Source of the DNA: a bacterium
GTDB lineage: Bacteria > Electryoneota > JAOADG01
Direction: 5' to 3'
Length of the DNA: 64,000 nt
NCBI GenBank assembly: GCA_963681965.1
Contig: OY820579.1
Coordinates: 1,216,001-1,280,000 of the forward strand
Shown here: positions 21,701 to 30,579 of the stretch, one piece after another
How the letters are laid out: each line of letters opens with the position of its first letter
Position numbering within the stretch: position 1 is the stretch's first letter
Position numbers and translations under genes: made by a program
The notes under the pieces: generated by a model
Database searches by the model: none
Told to the model about the DNA's origin: nothing
What the model saw: only the letters and a program-made list of their open reading frames with translations

Positions 21701-24700
21701 TAGCCATTGTGTCCAAAGTTGCTGGCGTGTATGTCAACCCGGGTTGATTCGATGAAACCAACGGTGGAGGATCCGATCTGCCGAAATAGACATCGTAACC
21801 CGTAGCATTGGCATCGCCAACCCAACTCAATGTGGCATTTATCGGAACGCCAGTTGAGTTGTTGTCAGGAACCGGAGACATTGGTGCAGTCAACCTGAAG
21901 AATCGATAGGTTCTTAGCGAATCCGGAACCGGAGGACCGTATTGGAGACATCCGTTTATGCCATTTGTGTCTTGAATGGCAGCCGCAGCAAATTCGCTTT
22001 GGGTTGTCGAGTTACGGGGTCCGTAATTCACATCCACCCGACCATCTTCGTAAATAACAACTTGAGCCGCAATTGGACCCGTGCCGCCAAGCGTGGCTAG
22101 GTTTGTATACGTTACTACCAAGCGGTTCGGAGCAGTTCTGTTTTCGTACATGACAGTAGTCCCAACGACCGACATATCATAGTTCCAGAAGTAAACGCCG
22201 GCGGGATATCCACCGGTCAACGGGAACGTCGCAGAGGTATAGTTGTATGGGTTTTGACCGCCAAACTGAATTCGACCATTACTTCCGGCATACCACGTTG
22301 TATAGGTGCGACCATAGAACGAGAAATTGAAGCCGATGTTGTACGGACCTGCGCTACCGTCGTCGGTGTTGTTCCAGCCACTGACAGTGATAGCCGAGGC
22401 AGAAGGGGTAATCCAATTGTAGCCGGTACCGTTTGTGGCAATCATGCGGTAACCATAAGCATCCGGTCCGAGATTGAACGGATCGCCGGTTGTCATGGAA
22501 ACTGCCGGTCCATAAGCGGTTTCAACATTCAAACCATTCCGCGCCTTCACGGCAAAAGTATAAGTAGTGGCTTGGGACAAACCAGTTACGGTTACCGTTC
22601 CCCACATTGCCAATGATTGCCAGACAGCGGTTGAGCCTAATGCGCCGGTTGCCTGAACGAACTGGTTGGTGGTGGTTTCGTGAATTGCATAGGTCGCCGC
22701 AGAGGGATTAGTCGGGAAACCATTGGTTGGCGTCAGTTGAATAGTTCTGAAACTGGCGCCAGTAAACGTTGGGGCACCAGGAACACTGGCAAGCGTCCAG
22801 CCATTACCGGAAGCATAACCGGATGAAGTTCCCTCAGAGTTAGTTGCATATACCTGATACCAGTATCGAGTCGAAGGGATTAAACCGCTATTGGTATAGA
22901 AGGTAGCATTCGCTTCTGCAGTCGTTAAATCGGTAAATGTAATTCCATTCAACGAACGTTTAATCACAAATCCCGTCTCGTTTGTGGAAAGATCCACCCA
23001 GTTAAATGTCAACGATGTGGTCGTAAGGTTGGTGATCGGTGATGTGGCAGTTCCCGGCGCATTCGGAGAAGCGCCGGTACCGGTCGTGAATGACCACGGT
23101 GTTCCACTTGAAGTGGTACCGAAATCGTTAATGGCATTGACGAACCAGTAGTACGTCGAATTCGGTTCCAAATACGTGGCAGGCATATAGCTTGGATTTG
23201 TTAACCCGGTAGCAATTGCAGTGGTCGGTGGATTGGTTGTTCCGAGATAGACATCGTACGAAATCGGTGTAGAACCACCCGATGCACTCCAACTTAGTGT
23301 TGGGTTGATAATCACTCCAGTCGCACCATTTGCCGGAACCGGGTCGGTCGCGGCAGTGGGTATACTCGTTACAAACTGACCTTCGTCTGCGCCGATATCC
23401 GGTGTCATTGGGTTACGGGCTTCATTGTCGATATCCGTCATAATCAGTGCCTCACGAGTACCATGATTTTCGACCGGCGAGTAACTCTGATGCAGCATTA
23501 TATGCGGATTCGAAGTTGAATTGATGAATTGAGGATCGCCGAAAGTCGAATGTTCGTCGACACCCGGATACACACTTCGCCATGAAGTAGAGTCTATCCG
23601 ATATACGGCCCCACGCACGCCAATATAACCTCCAGTTGTGTTTGGAATGTAATAGTTGTTGTAATCGCAAAAGTAATTCGGTGCGGATGGTAAAGGCATA
23701 TACATGCCGATGTGGTACGGAGTGTTTGAGGTTTGGTTACCAAGGTTCGCGAAAATATTGTTCTTGCACGTATCGTTGAAATTATAAATCGAACTATAAT
23801 AGAGACAAGCCGAAGAGAAATTCTGCGTCCCGGTTTGATTCAGCATAATCGTATTATTCAGAATCGTCGGGTAGTAATAACCGACATAGATACCGTACGT
23901 GTAATACGCTGCCGAGGTCGAACCGGTAAAGGTCTGCTGCAGATTGTAGATCATGTTGTTAAAAATTCGCTGATAGCCATATGTGTAGTAATAGTATGAG
24001 TAGATCCCGTAGATGGACGAAAAACCGTTGTTATACCTCGCCGTAAAGTCATAAATGCGATTATTGTAGATCATGGTAGGAGTTAAAGTCCCGCGGGTAT
24101 AGGGGCAATAATATAGATACAGACCGTACATCGCATAGCTCGTACTGTAGGTCTTCATGTTTTTAATATCGATATCGTGTACAGTGAATCCATTTTGATA
24201 AGCGGCATAAATGCCATATGCAGCTCCAGCACCACCAATCGTATCATCTTCGGCATAACCGATGGTAAACCGATTGGGATTGCCAAGACCGGCGACTTCG
24301 CTACCGATTTCCGTTCCAAAATCGGGATATGAGGAATAGGAGTAGCAGTAGACTCCAGCACGAACCTTCGAAATCTTCAAGTTCAGATAGCGGTTGTAGC
24401 TCTGGCTTCCCAATGCGGAAGTCGGGTAAAAGGAAGAATTGCAATATTGATACACACCGTAGGTTGTATAGGATGCTGAGATACGCATTTGAATCGACGC
24501 ATTCTTGACGGTGTTGTATTGTGCTCCTTGTGTTGCAGAACTGTTATTCACCCAGTAGCCGTAGTATAACGAATATGTACCCGTACTAGTATCGATCACA
24601 TTGATGCCATCGAACGTCACATACTGCACACCAGAGAGTTTTACGCCATACTGAACCGTGGTTATTACGGTCGGGCTGATATTGACACCCGGACCGGTAG

Positions 24701-26027
24701 CATGGAATATGACCGGACTGGAAGCACCCATACCGGGAAACGGTCCATTCATTGTTACCGATGCGACATAAGTACCCGGCGACACATTGAAAGTGATACC
24801 TCCCATTCCGACACCGATATTGTATAGTGTCGAGATCGCGTCAGAGAAAGAGGTAAAATTGTCACCACTGGTCGGGAACGCTGGATTGATCGTCTTAGTG
24901 CCAGTGAGGGCGGAAATTGTGTTAAATGTCCAGATAGGTGAAGTAGAAATTGATGGTGTAGTACCATATCCCACAACTTTCCAGTAGTATCGATTATTGG
25001 CGCTAATAGGCATGAAGTATGTAGTGTCCGTACCGGAATAAACCAAAGCGGTCGGAACACTATTCTCAACATCGGACTGATTGGTCGAACAATAGAGCTT
25101 ACAACTGTCGACACGAGGACCAACGGTCCAGGTTAACGCAATGGAGTCTGTGGTCAAACCAAGTGTTTGATTTGCAGGGGCGACTAGTCTTACCCAATTG
25201 TTCGGATAAATAAATAGAATGGCACTTTGACTTGGCGGGCATGTTATACTGTACTGATACTGACATGCAGTTGTACGGCTATCATTTTGCAAACCGATCG
25301 TACCGGTATTTGTGGACGCAGTATTGTATTGCATTTTAATCGAACCGCTCGCATACAGAAGCACCTGATATCGTTCGCCCGTGTCGACAAACCACTGCAC
25401 GATAAAAGTAGTGTCATTGTACTGTTGATATTTTATGTAACGATCCCCCACAGTAACGTAAGAGTCGCGGTACAGCACGGCAATCAAAGATCGCGGCATA
25501 CTGGTCGATGGCATCAAGTATTGCGAATAATAACCGCTCGTTAAATTTGCAAATGTGCTGTTGACCGATAGCCAACCGTCGGTACTCATCGTTACGGAGG
25601 TGTAGTTGTTACCGTAAAACGGGAAAGTGAATCCGAGTGGAACCATTGCCGAAGTGTAGTCGTCACCCGTTGGACCCGTGGTACCGGACTCGCTAATATC
25701 GATCCATTCGTAGCTCGGACCCGGAGGATTGGTTTGGTTATTATTATCAATCCACGTATAGCCAAAGCTATCCGGAGCTGAACTATGAGTATCGATGGAG
25801 CTTATCGACGGAATACTACCGCGCAACGACTCGAGATACGGTGTTACGGCAGCCTTATCCTGCGGTGTGATCGGAAGTCCCAATTGCATCCGATGGATGA
25901 TCGAGTCGCGATATACAGAGGAGAATTGCGATGCGATGAGGGGTGCATCAACTACATTTGCCGCAAAGGATGTGCAGCATAATAGCAAACACCCGACTGC
26001 GATTAGAAGGATATTATGAGAATTCAT
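18729..26027 (-). CDS. Giant secreted modular surface protein (beta-helix, FN3, Ig/ASH-like and adhesin-like domains, secretion tail)
   Basis: Signal peptide from MNSHNILL (26027); PDSFGY/PDAYGY modules, parallel beta-helix with PDIGADE, FN3 NETGF motifs, PNGGE Ig repeats, YPNPFN tail. Confidence 0.8.
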   Translation of the reverse strand: MNSHNILLIAVGCLLLCCTSFAANVVDAPLIASQFSSVYRDSIIHRMQLGLPITPQDKAAVTPYLESLRGSIPSISSIDTHSSAPDSFGYTWIDNNNQTNPPGPSYEWIDISESGTTGPTGDDYTSAMVPLGFTFPFYGNNYTSVTMSTDGWLSVNSTFANLTSGYYSQYLMPSTSMPRSLIAVLYRDSYVTVGDRYIKYQQYNDTTFIVQWFVDTGERYQVLLYASGSIKMQYNTASTNTGTIGLQNDSRTTACQYQYSITCPPSQSAILFIYPNNWVRLVAPANQTLGLTTDSIALTWTVGPRVDSCKLYCSTNQSDVENSVPTALVYSGTDTTYFMPISANNRYYWKVVGYGTTPSISTSPIWTFNTISALTGTKTINPAFPTSGDNFTSFSDAISTLYNIGVGMGGITFNVSPGTYVASVTMNGPFPGMGASSPVIFHATGPGVNISPTVITTVQYGVKLSGVQYVTFDGINVIDTSTGTYSLYYGYWVNNSSATQGAQYNTVKNASIQMRISASYTTYGVYQYCNSSFYPTSALGSQSYNRYLNLKISKVRAGVYCYSYSSYPDFGTEIGSEVAGLGNPNRFTIGYAEDDTIGGAGAAYGIYAAYQNGFTVHDIDIKNMKTYSTSYAMYGLYLYYCPYTRGTLTPTMIYNNRIYDFTARYNNGFSSIYGIYSYYYYTYGYQRIFNNMIYNLQQTFTGSTSAAYYTYGIYVGYYYPTILNNTIMLNQTGTQNFSSACLYYSSIYNFNDTCKNNIFANLGNQTSNTPYHIGMYMPLPSAPNYFCDYNNYYIPNTTGGYIGVRGAVYRIDSTSWRSVYPGVDEHSTFGDPQFINSTSNPHIMLHQSYSPVENHGTREALIMTDIDNEARNPMTPDIGADEGQFVTSIPTAATDPVPANGATGVIINPTLSWSASGGSTPISYDVYLGTTNPPTTAIATGLTNPSYMPATYLEPNSTYYWFVNAINDFGTTSSGTPWSFTTGTGASPNAPGTATSPITNLTTTSLTFNWVDLSTNETGFVIKRSLNGITFTDLTTAEANATFYTNSGLIPSTRYWYQVYATNSEGTSSGYASGNGWTLASVPGAPTFTGASFRTIQLTPTNGFPTNPSAATYAIHETTTNQFVQATGALGSTAVWQSLAMWGTVTVTGLSQATTYTFAVKARNGLNVETAYGPAVSMTTGDPFNLGPDAYGYRMIATNGTGYNWITPSASAITVSGWNNTDDGSAGPYNIGFNFSFYGRTYTTWYAGSNGRIQFGGQNPYNYTSATFPLTGGYPAGVYFWNYDMSVVGTTVMYENRTAPNRLVVTYTNLATLGGTGPIAAQVVIYEDGRVDVNYGPRNSTTQSEFAAAAIQDTNGINGCLQYGPPVPDSLRTYRFFRLTAPMSPVPDNNSTGVPINATLSWVGDANATGYDVYFGRSDPPPLVSSNQPGLTYTPATLDTMAMYYWRVASRMGSTVMTGPPWSFQSGRGIAPNAPDNGQFVAATLSTITGSFRDNSANETGFIVQRSLDGITFYYNSTLPAHAGSGIVTFVDAGLTTNTHYWYRVFSTNANATSTGFAAVNGSTLSLPTLAFTTTSSATPITSADLGIHRVGMPATLTYAVRNTGSTPLLISYVASSNPAVTTSWNSQTIAPGSTQNIDLIWLPTQGGAIAGTLTFISNAINNPVIINVTGTAMAVHNLPIIENFSGPFPPAEWMIINPDSAITWTQYNSPYSAHMNWWMYSSQDQMDYLITPIVTTVGVTSASFDFDWSHQYNYSYNDSLMIKYTLDGGASWSTIWKRWGRGTGDDSLPAGTGGSYNAPATVGTWGHASISLAGTGCLGQPYVQFALVSGNGYGPDLFVTNVRIHSSLIALLHPNGGETCYRGEQDTIRWTAPNLTGTVSIAFNPDYPAGTWLTLDSAVDVTRNYYCWTPAVTSTNCRIRIRSNEYSSVEAISDSSFSIVQRSVRLIQPNGGETYYRGEQDTIRWTASNLTGTVSIAVNSNYPTGTWLTLASPIDVAHNYYCWTPVVTSTNCRIRVRSNEYSYVNAISYSSFSIVQRSVSLIRPNGGEHFAVGLRDTIHFSGTYLPYGITIELNRNYPFGSWETLVDSVATDAGQWIFDPVSAPISNSSRIRALARGMTQYAYGDTSDNDFAIIPQAHLYQSADTLSFTGTRVGTTDSLMFKIANRSNLPFRYYSASCNYPAIFSVLIPDTDSLTVSNDSLLIWVIFAPDSSLQSVDTVRLTFESPYQSIALPVTGLGLGSYAKASIPSIEFPAASDTAQADSVSFKLRASGNTPIVITSMIDSPPFYIRCDSWTIQPGDSITVHIYFQPIAPGYFTGVVGIVSNAIDSDTLRIPVSGYSKYIPSSFKLFPAYPNPFNTSVNIKFDVPERDFVTITLYNSLGQKVSVLHEGMTTAGQHLVVWKSDRNSTGVYFISITAPGFIATKKAILLK
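19908..20465 (-). repeat. Tandem 285-bp (95-aa) intragenic duplication of a PNGGE Ig-like domain
   Basis: 19908..20180 and 20193..20465 align ungapped with long identical runs; a more diverged third copy lies at about 19625..19900. Confidence 0.9.
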
Positions 26028-26705
26028 CTTACAATCCTCCACATGTCGATCATTGTCAAGAAGCACTTTTTAGGTAGGAATCACCGTAAAACTGTAATTA
26101 CTTAATGTTTAAAATAACGTGGGCATAACATAATTACAATATAAAGAGTCAATATATTCAATTTTTTTTGATCCTAACTTGATGAAGCGGAAAATCGAAT
26201 TTGAAATGACGAAGAAGATGAAGAAGATAATGATATCTCACCGTTAGAAAAATCTTATTGCATGTAAAACGATTGTGTGTCAGCTAGACCAATATGCTGT
26301 AATCGGAAACTTATCTCTCTGCAGTGGACCGAAAAAAAATTATCCATTCCTCCGAATATCGCCCCTAACTCAAGTGAGCATTCTGACAGGAATTCGGAAT
26401 TCTAGTGAGTGATCGGATGTTTGTGTGTGTACAGATTTTATACAAGTTCTTGACTAATATTTTGATCCGTCTGTTCTCGACTTTTCCCGAAAAAGCGCTC
26501 CCAGAGCCAGTTTGCCCTTTGTTAGCGGTTTCTAGTTTTCTTGGCAATTTTTTTCAATTGAAGATATCACATTATAATTCGTCATGGTTTAATCCATGTT
26601 CCGAATTTTCTCCACACCTATTCTTCTACCAGGAATTTCACATCAATCACGTTACTTGATCGAAAGCGGATTTGAATGCATCAAATGTTCAACGAACAAT
26701 GAACC

Positions 26706-26733
26706 GGAAGTTTTTCTGTTTTGCTGCGTCTAA
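26706..26733 (+). promoter_or_regulatory. Candidate ECF-sigma promoter 1
   Basis: GGAAG-N16-CGTCTAA; same motif and spacing at 29461 and 30505. Confidence 0.6.
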
Positions 26734-27058
26734 CCATCGGATATGTATTCTTCCACTTCTGGCAGACACATCTAGCAGCAAAAAGTATAAACCACTTTCT
26801 CTTCCAATAATTTCTCAAGCTGGATTCATTGTCAAGAGTATGGACGATCAATCTCAATCACCACTTGTGCCGATTGGTTAGCAGTTTCGACTGCTTTTAT
26901 TGGGTTACTGTGATCAATGGCTCGAGTATCGATCGAACGAAGGTAAACGAGACAATTGTTAGTAGCGGATATGTCAAGTGTAATTCTAAACTAAAATCAC
27001 GCTCATACTGTCTGTTTCATGACTAGATTATTTATTATATCGTAACTGAGGGAAAAGG

Positions 27059-28810
27059 ATGAAGTGGCATCAAGCAATCTTTCCAGCAAATCGCACTCAA
27101 TCACTAGCATGCAATCAATTGATTTCCTTACAGCGACAATTACTGTTTTTAGTTTCTACTTTGGTTGTGTTTCTCTTTAGTGAGGCACATGCGGTCTTTA
27201 TCGGCAATGAGTTGTTGGGAAGACCAACTCCAAGCTCCGTCACGATCAATGCTTGTACTGATTCGGTGTATCAAGTGTACTATGAGTTTGGAATCGATTC
27301 GACCACATTCACGCGAAGAACTTTGACGATTAGCTGTCAGGATAGTATCCCATTTGTAACTATTCTCGATAGTTTGAATGCGAATACCCGATATTATTAC
27401 CGGCTACGATATCGGTTTGATAGCACATCACAGTTCCTTTCCCATCCAATCCGACATTTTCGAACTGCCAACACCAACCGCAGTACATTTACTTTCGCGA
27501 TTCATGCCGACCCACACATGGATACTGCTTCCAGTGTTGCCGTGTATACACAAACATTACAAAACACACTGAATGCCGATCCTGATTTCATGATCGACTT
27601 GGGGGATAACTTTTTCTGCGAGAAATTACCGCCTTATACGCAGCCGAGAATAACACAGCGACACCAGTATTTGCGATCATTTTATGACATCGCCGCTCAC
27701 TCAGTTCCATTATTTCTGACCCTTGGTAATCATGAAGGGGAACAGGGATGGCGATTGAACGGTACTGCAGATTGTCTCCCGGTGATGGCGACGAATACCC
27801 GAAAGTCATATTTTCCCAATCCGGAACCCGATGGATTCTATTCCGGTGATACGACGCATGAAGCATTTGTCGGACGTCGAGAAGGATACTACTCTTGGGA
27901 ATGGGGAAATGCACTGTTTGTCGTACTCGATTTATACTGGTATCCAACGCAGAATCCGCAACAGGATTTGTGGCGGTTTACTCTGGGTCAGACACAATAC
28001 AACTGGTTTGCGAATGTTCTTCAAAACAGTCAGGCGCGATTCAAATTTGTTTTCATCCACCAGTTAGTTGGTGGCAATGCGAATGATCCTCGAGGTGGCA
28101 TTGAAAGTGTACCATTCTTCGAGCAGGGAGGTAGAAATCTCGATACAACGTGGGGATTTTCTACCCATCGTCCCGGTTGGGCACTACCTCTGCACCAATT
28201 GATGGTGCAGAATCATGTATCGGCGCTATTCCATGGTCACGATCACTTCTATTGCAAACAGGATCTTGATGGAATCGTCTATCAGTTGGCACCACAACCA
28301 AGTAACGTCAATATGTCAGCTGCCAATTCCGCAGCAGGCTATGGCTATGTAAATGGCACAATCCTTCCGACTCGCGGTTTTTTGAATGTGACGGTGGCGG
28401 ATACTGTCTGTCGAGTGAATTATGTTCGAACTTACTTGCCATCAGAAGAAAATGCAACGAGACACAACGGTGATATCGGAGATACATACACGATCGTGCA
28501 TACCGATTCCGGAACAGCATCGATCTTTAATGAATCGATCATCCCAAATTCCGCACAACTAAAGCAGAACTATCCGAACCCGTTCAATTCCGAAACCAAT
28601 ATCTCGTTTGATCTCGTAAAACAACAACAAGTGAAGCTGGAAATCTTTACTTCTACAGGTCAGTTGGTTCAACGGCTTATCGAGGAAAGTCTTCCCGCTG
28701 GTCGATATAAAATTCATTACCGTCCGGCACATCTGGCTAGCGGTACATATTACTATCGTCTGACCAGTGGAGTTCAAATCACTACTGCAAAAATGATATT
28801 ATTGAAGTAG
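27059..28810 (+). CDS. Secreted calcineurin-like (purple acid phosphatase-type) metallophosphoesterase with secretion tail
   Basis: ADPH, DLGDNF, LGNHEGE, FIHQ, HGHDHFY metal motifs; N-terminal FN3-like domain; YPNPFN tail. Confidence 0.85.
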   Translation: MKWHQAIFPANRTQSLACNQLISLQRQLLFLVSTLVVFLFSEAHAVFIGNELLGRPTPSSVTINACTDSVYQVYYEFGIDSTTFTRRTLTISCQDSIPFVTILDSLNANTRYYYRLRYRFDSTSQFLSHPIRHFRTANTNRSTFTFAIHADPHMDTASSVAVYTQTLQNTLNADPDFMIDLGDNFFCEKLPPYTQPRITQRHQYLRSFYDIAAHSVPLFLTLGNHEGEQGWRLNGTADCLPVMATNTRKSYFPNPEPDGFYSGDTTHEAFVGRREGYYSWEWGNALFVVLDLYWYPTQNPQQDLWRFTLGQTQYNWFANVLQNSQARFKFVFIHQLVGGNANDPRGGIESVPFFEQGGRNLDTTWGFSTHRPGWALPLHQLMVQNHVSALFHGHDHFYCKQDLDGIVYQLAPQPSNVNMSAANSAAGYGYVNGTILPTRGFLNVTVADTVCRVNYVRTYLPSEENATRHNGDIGDTYTIVHTDSGTASIFNESIIPNSAQLKQNYPNPFNSETNISFDLVKQQQVKLEIFTSTGQLVQRLIEESLPAGRYKIHYRPAHLASGTYYYRLTSGVQITTAKMILLK

Positions 28811-28873
28811 TGATAAGAATAATTCAATGAATATTCTCTGAAAGTACGGAGTTGATAATCGACCGTAAGTGTT

Positions 28874-29446
28874 ATGAATGATCCGCTGATAGCAGCGCTG
28901 AAAGCGGGATCACCAGTCGCGTATAGGCAGTTTGTAAATGATCACTTGAAACAGGTGATCAATATCTGTTATCGCTTTATCGACAATCGCGCGGAAGCGG
29001 AAGATCTGGCGCAGGAAACATTTATTGAAGTGTACGAATCGATCGGAAAGTTCCGGGGCGATTCCAGCATTTCTACGTGGGTTTATCGCATTGCGGTTCG
29101 TAAGTCTATTGATTATTGCCGAAGAAAAAACGCACAAAAACGAAAAGGATTGCTAACCGGTTTGCTTCGATTGGGAGATTCCGGAGTTGATAATTTAGCA
29201 TCAACGCAATTTGATCTTGAAAAAGAAATGGAAGAAAGTCAACGACGAAAAATGCTGTTCGGTGCTCTGGCATCTTTACCGAAAAACCAGCAAACTGCAT
29301 TTTTACTGAGTAAGTACGACGATCTTAGCTATGAGAAGATCGCTGAAATAATGCAAGTTACGGTGTCTGCAGTCAACGCTTTAATGCATCGTGCAAAGAG
29401 CAATCTGCAAAACCGTTTGAGACGTGTACTTACTGAAGATGGTTGA
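28874..29446 (+). CDS. ECF RNA polymerase sigma factor
   Basis: AEDLAQETF, FRGDSSISTWVYRIA, LSYEKIAEIM...V...MHRAK. Confidence 0.93.
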   Translation: MNDPLIAALKAGSPVAYRQFVNDHLKQVINICYRFIDNRAEAEDLAQETFIEVYESIGKFRGDSSISTWVYRIAVRKSIDYCRRKNAQKRKGLLTGLLRLGDSGVDNLASTQFDLEKEMEESQRRKMLFGALASLPKNQQTAFLLSKYDDLSYEKIAEIMQVTVSAVNALMHRAKSNLQNRLRRVLTEDG

Positions 29447-29460
29447 TGTTGTAAGGTGAA

Positions 29461-29488
29461 GAAAGTTTTTACTTCAAATTGCGTCTAA
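29461..29488 (+). promoter_or_regulatory. Candidate ECF-sigma promoter 2
   Basis: GAAAG-N16-CGTCTAA, 22 nt before the anti-sigma-like start. Confidence 0.6.
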
Positions 29489-29510
29489 GTAGAGAAGTGT
29501 GGAGAAGAAT

Positions 29511-29861
29511 ATGAAATCCCAACTTGATATCGAAGAGAATATACAGCAGATAATCGAGTGTCTTGATGGTCGTGAAAATATCGATGCCAGCCCTTTCTTC
29601 CAGATAAAATTGGAAAAGGCAATACTAGTTCGATCATCATTCCGTGACACATGGCTCTACCGATCCACACTCGGTTATAAACTTGCTCCCGCTTGGTTGG
29701 CACTAATTCTCATTCTTAACATTGTCTCTTTATCATTAAGCATTACTCATACGCACAGGGATGAGAATACTTACTCCCAGAAATTTAGAAAAGCCGCTCT
29801 TGAATTGTACTCGTATCCCGGAAGTGGTTGGGAAGGTGAAAGTAATGGAACTGGGAATTAG
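29511..29861 (+). CDS. Putative single-TM anti-sigma factor
   Basis: Directly after the ECF sigma; SPFFQIKL motif then one TM helix; GGAG RBS before 29511. Confidence 0.6.
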   Translation: MKSQLDIEENIQQIIECLDGRENIDASPFFQIKLEKAILVRSSFRDTWLYRSTLGYKLAPAWLALILILNIVSLSLSITHTHRDENTYSQKFRKAALELYSYPGSGWEGESNGTGN

Positions 29862-29870
29862 GAGGAATCA

Positions 29871-30458
29871 ATGAACCAAAAAGGAGCAATGAATTGGCAA
29901 ACCTGGATCATAATTATCCTCGTCTTGCTGAACATTGCATCACTTTCGGGATTGTGGATCTTATATTCCAATCAGGCTCCCCCTCCACCACGAAAAGAAA
30001 ATGATCGTACTCCACTTGAGGATGTCATCATTGAAGGAGTTGGACTGGATGAGGCACAGGCTCTACAGTTCAGACAACTTCATCTGGTTCACCGAAAACT
30101 GAAAGACAGTCTTGATGCTGAGACATTCAAACTGAAAGGGTTGATGCAAAAGGAACTGTTTGCGGCATTTCCCGACACGGCAAAAATGTCGCAGATGGTG
30201 CAACAAATTGCTGCGCTTCACGCTGAGCACGAACGGCAGTTATATAATCATTTTCTTGATTTGAAACGGTTGTGTAGACCCGATCAATTTGAGAATCTTG
30301 AAAAATTACTGAACGAGATGTTGGTGGTAATAAAGAAACAACCTAAATCAAATTCAGAAGATGGAAGATCGTCTCCACCTGATACCAATCACAATAGTAA
30401 ACCGCCACGTCCTAAGAATGATCGTGGTCGAAGACCACCACCGGGCGAAGGGAATTAA
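29871..30458 (+). CDS. Spy/CpxP-like periplasmic protein (heavy-metal sensor/chaperone type)
   Basis: N-terminal TM anchor, helical GLDEAQALQF...HFLDLKRLCRPDQ core, Pro-rich tail; typical ECF/anti-sigma/Spy context. Confidence 0.7.
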   Translation: MNQKGAMNWQTWIIIILVLLNIASLSGLWILYSNQAPPPPRKENDRTPLEDVIIEGVGLDEAQALQFRQLHLVHRKLKDSLDAETFKLKGLMQKELFAAFPDTAKMSQMVQQIAALHAEHERQLYNHFLDLKRLCRPDQFENLEKLLNEMLVVIKKQPKSNSEDGRSSPPDTNHNSKPPRPKNDRGRRPPPGEGN

Positions 30459-30466
30459 TTAAGATG

Positions 30467-30502
30467 AAAAAAGTGCCTCCGTTTTTCGGAGGACTTTTTT
30501 TT
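30467..30502. terminator. Probable bidirectional intrinsic terminator
   Basis: aaaaaagt-g-cctccg TTTTT cggagg-actttttttt. Confidence 0.75.
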
Positions 30503-30504
30503 GC

Positions 30505-30532
30505 GGAAGATTAAACAGGTAATTACGTCAAA
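30505..30532 (+). promoter_or_regulatory. Candidate ECF-sigma promoter 3
   Basis: GGAAG-N16-CGTCAAA immediately after the terminator and before the DUF1566 gene. Confidence 0.6.
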
Positions 30533-30579
30533 GAGTAAGATGAAGGAAACGAACGAAATATCTGACCCTGTATCGGAGA

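Noticed and set aside
26067-27058. Short ORFs in the 1-kb intergenic region
   Set aside because: No recognisable motifs and many stops; possibly decayed DNA but not assignable
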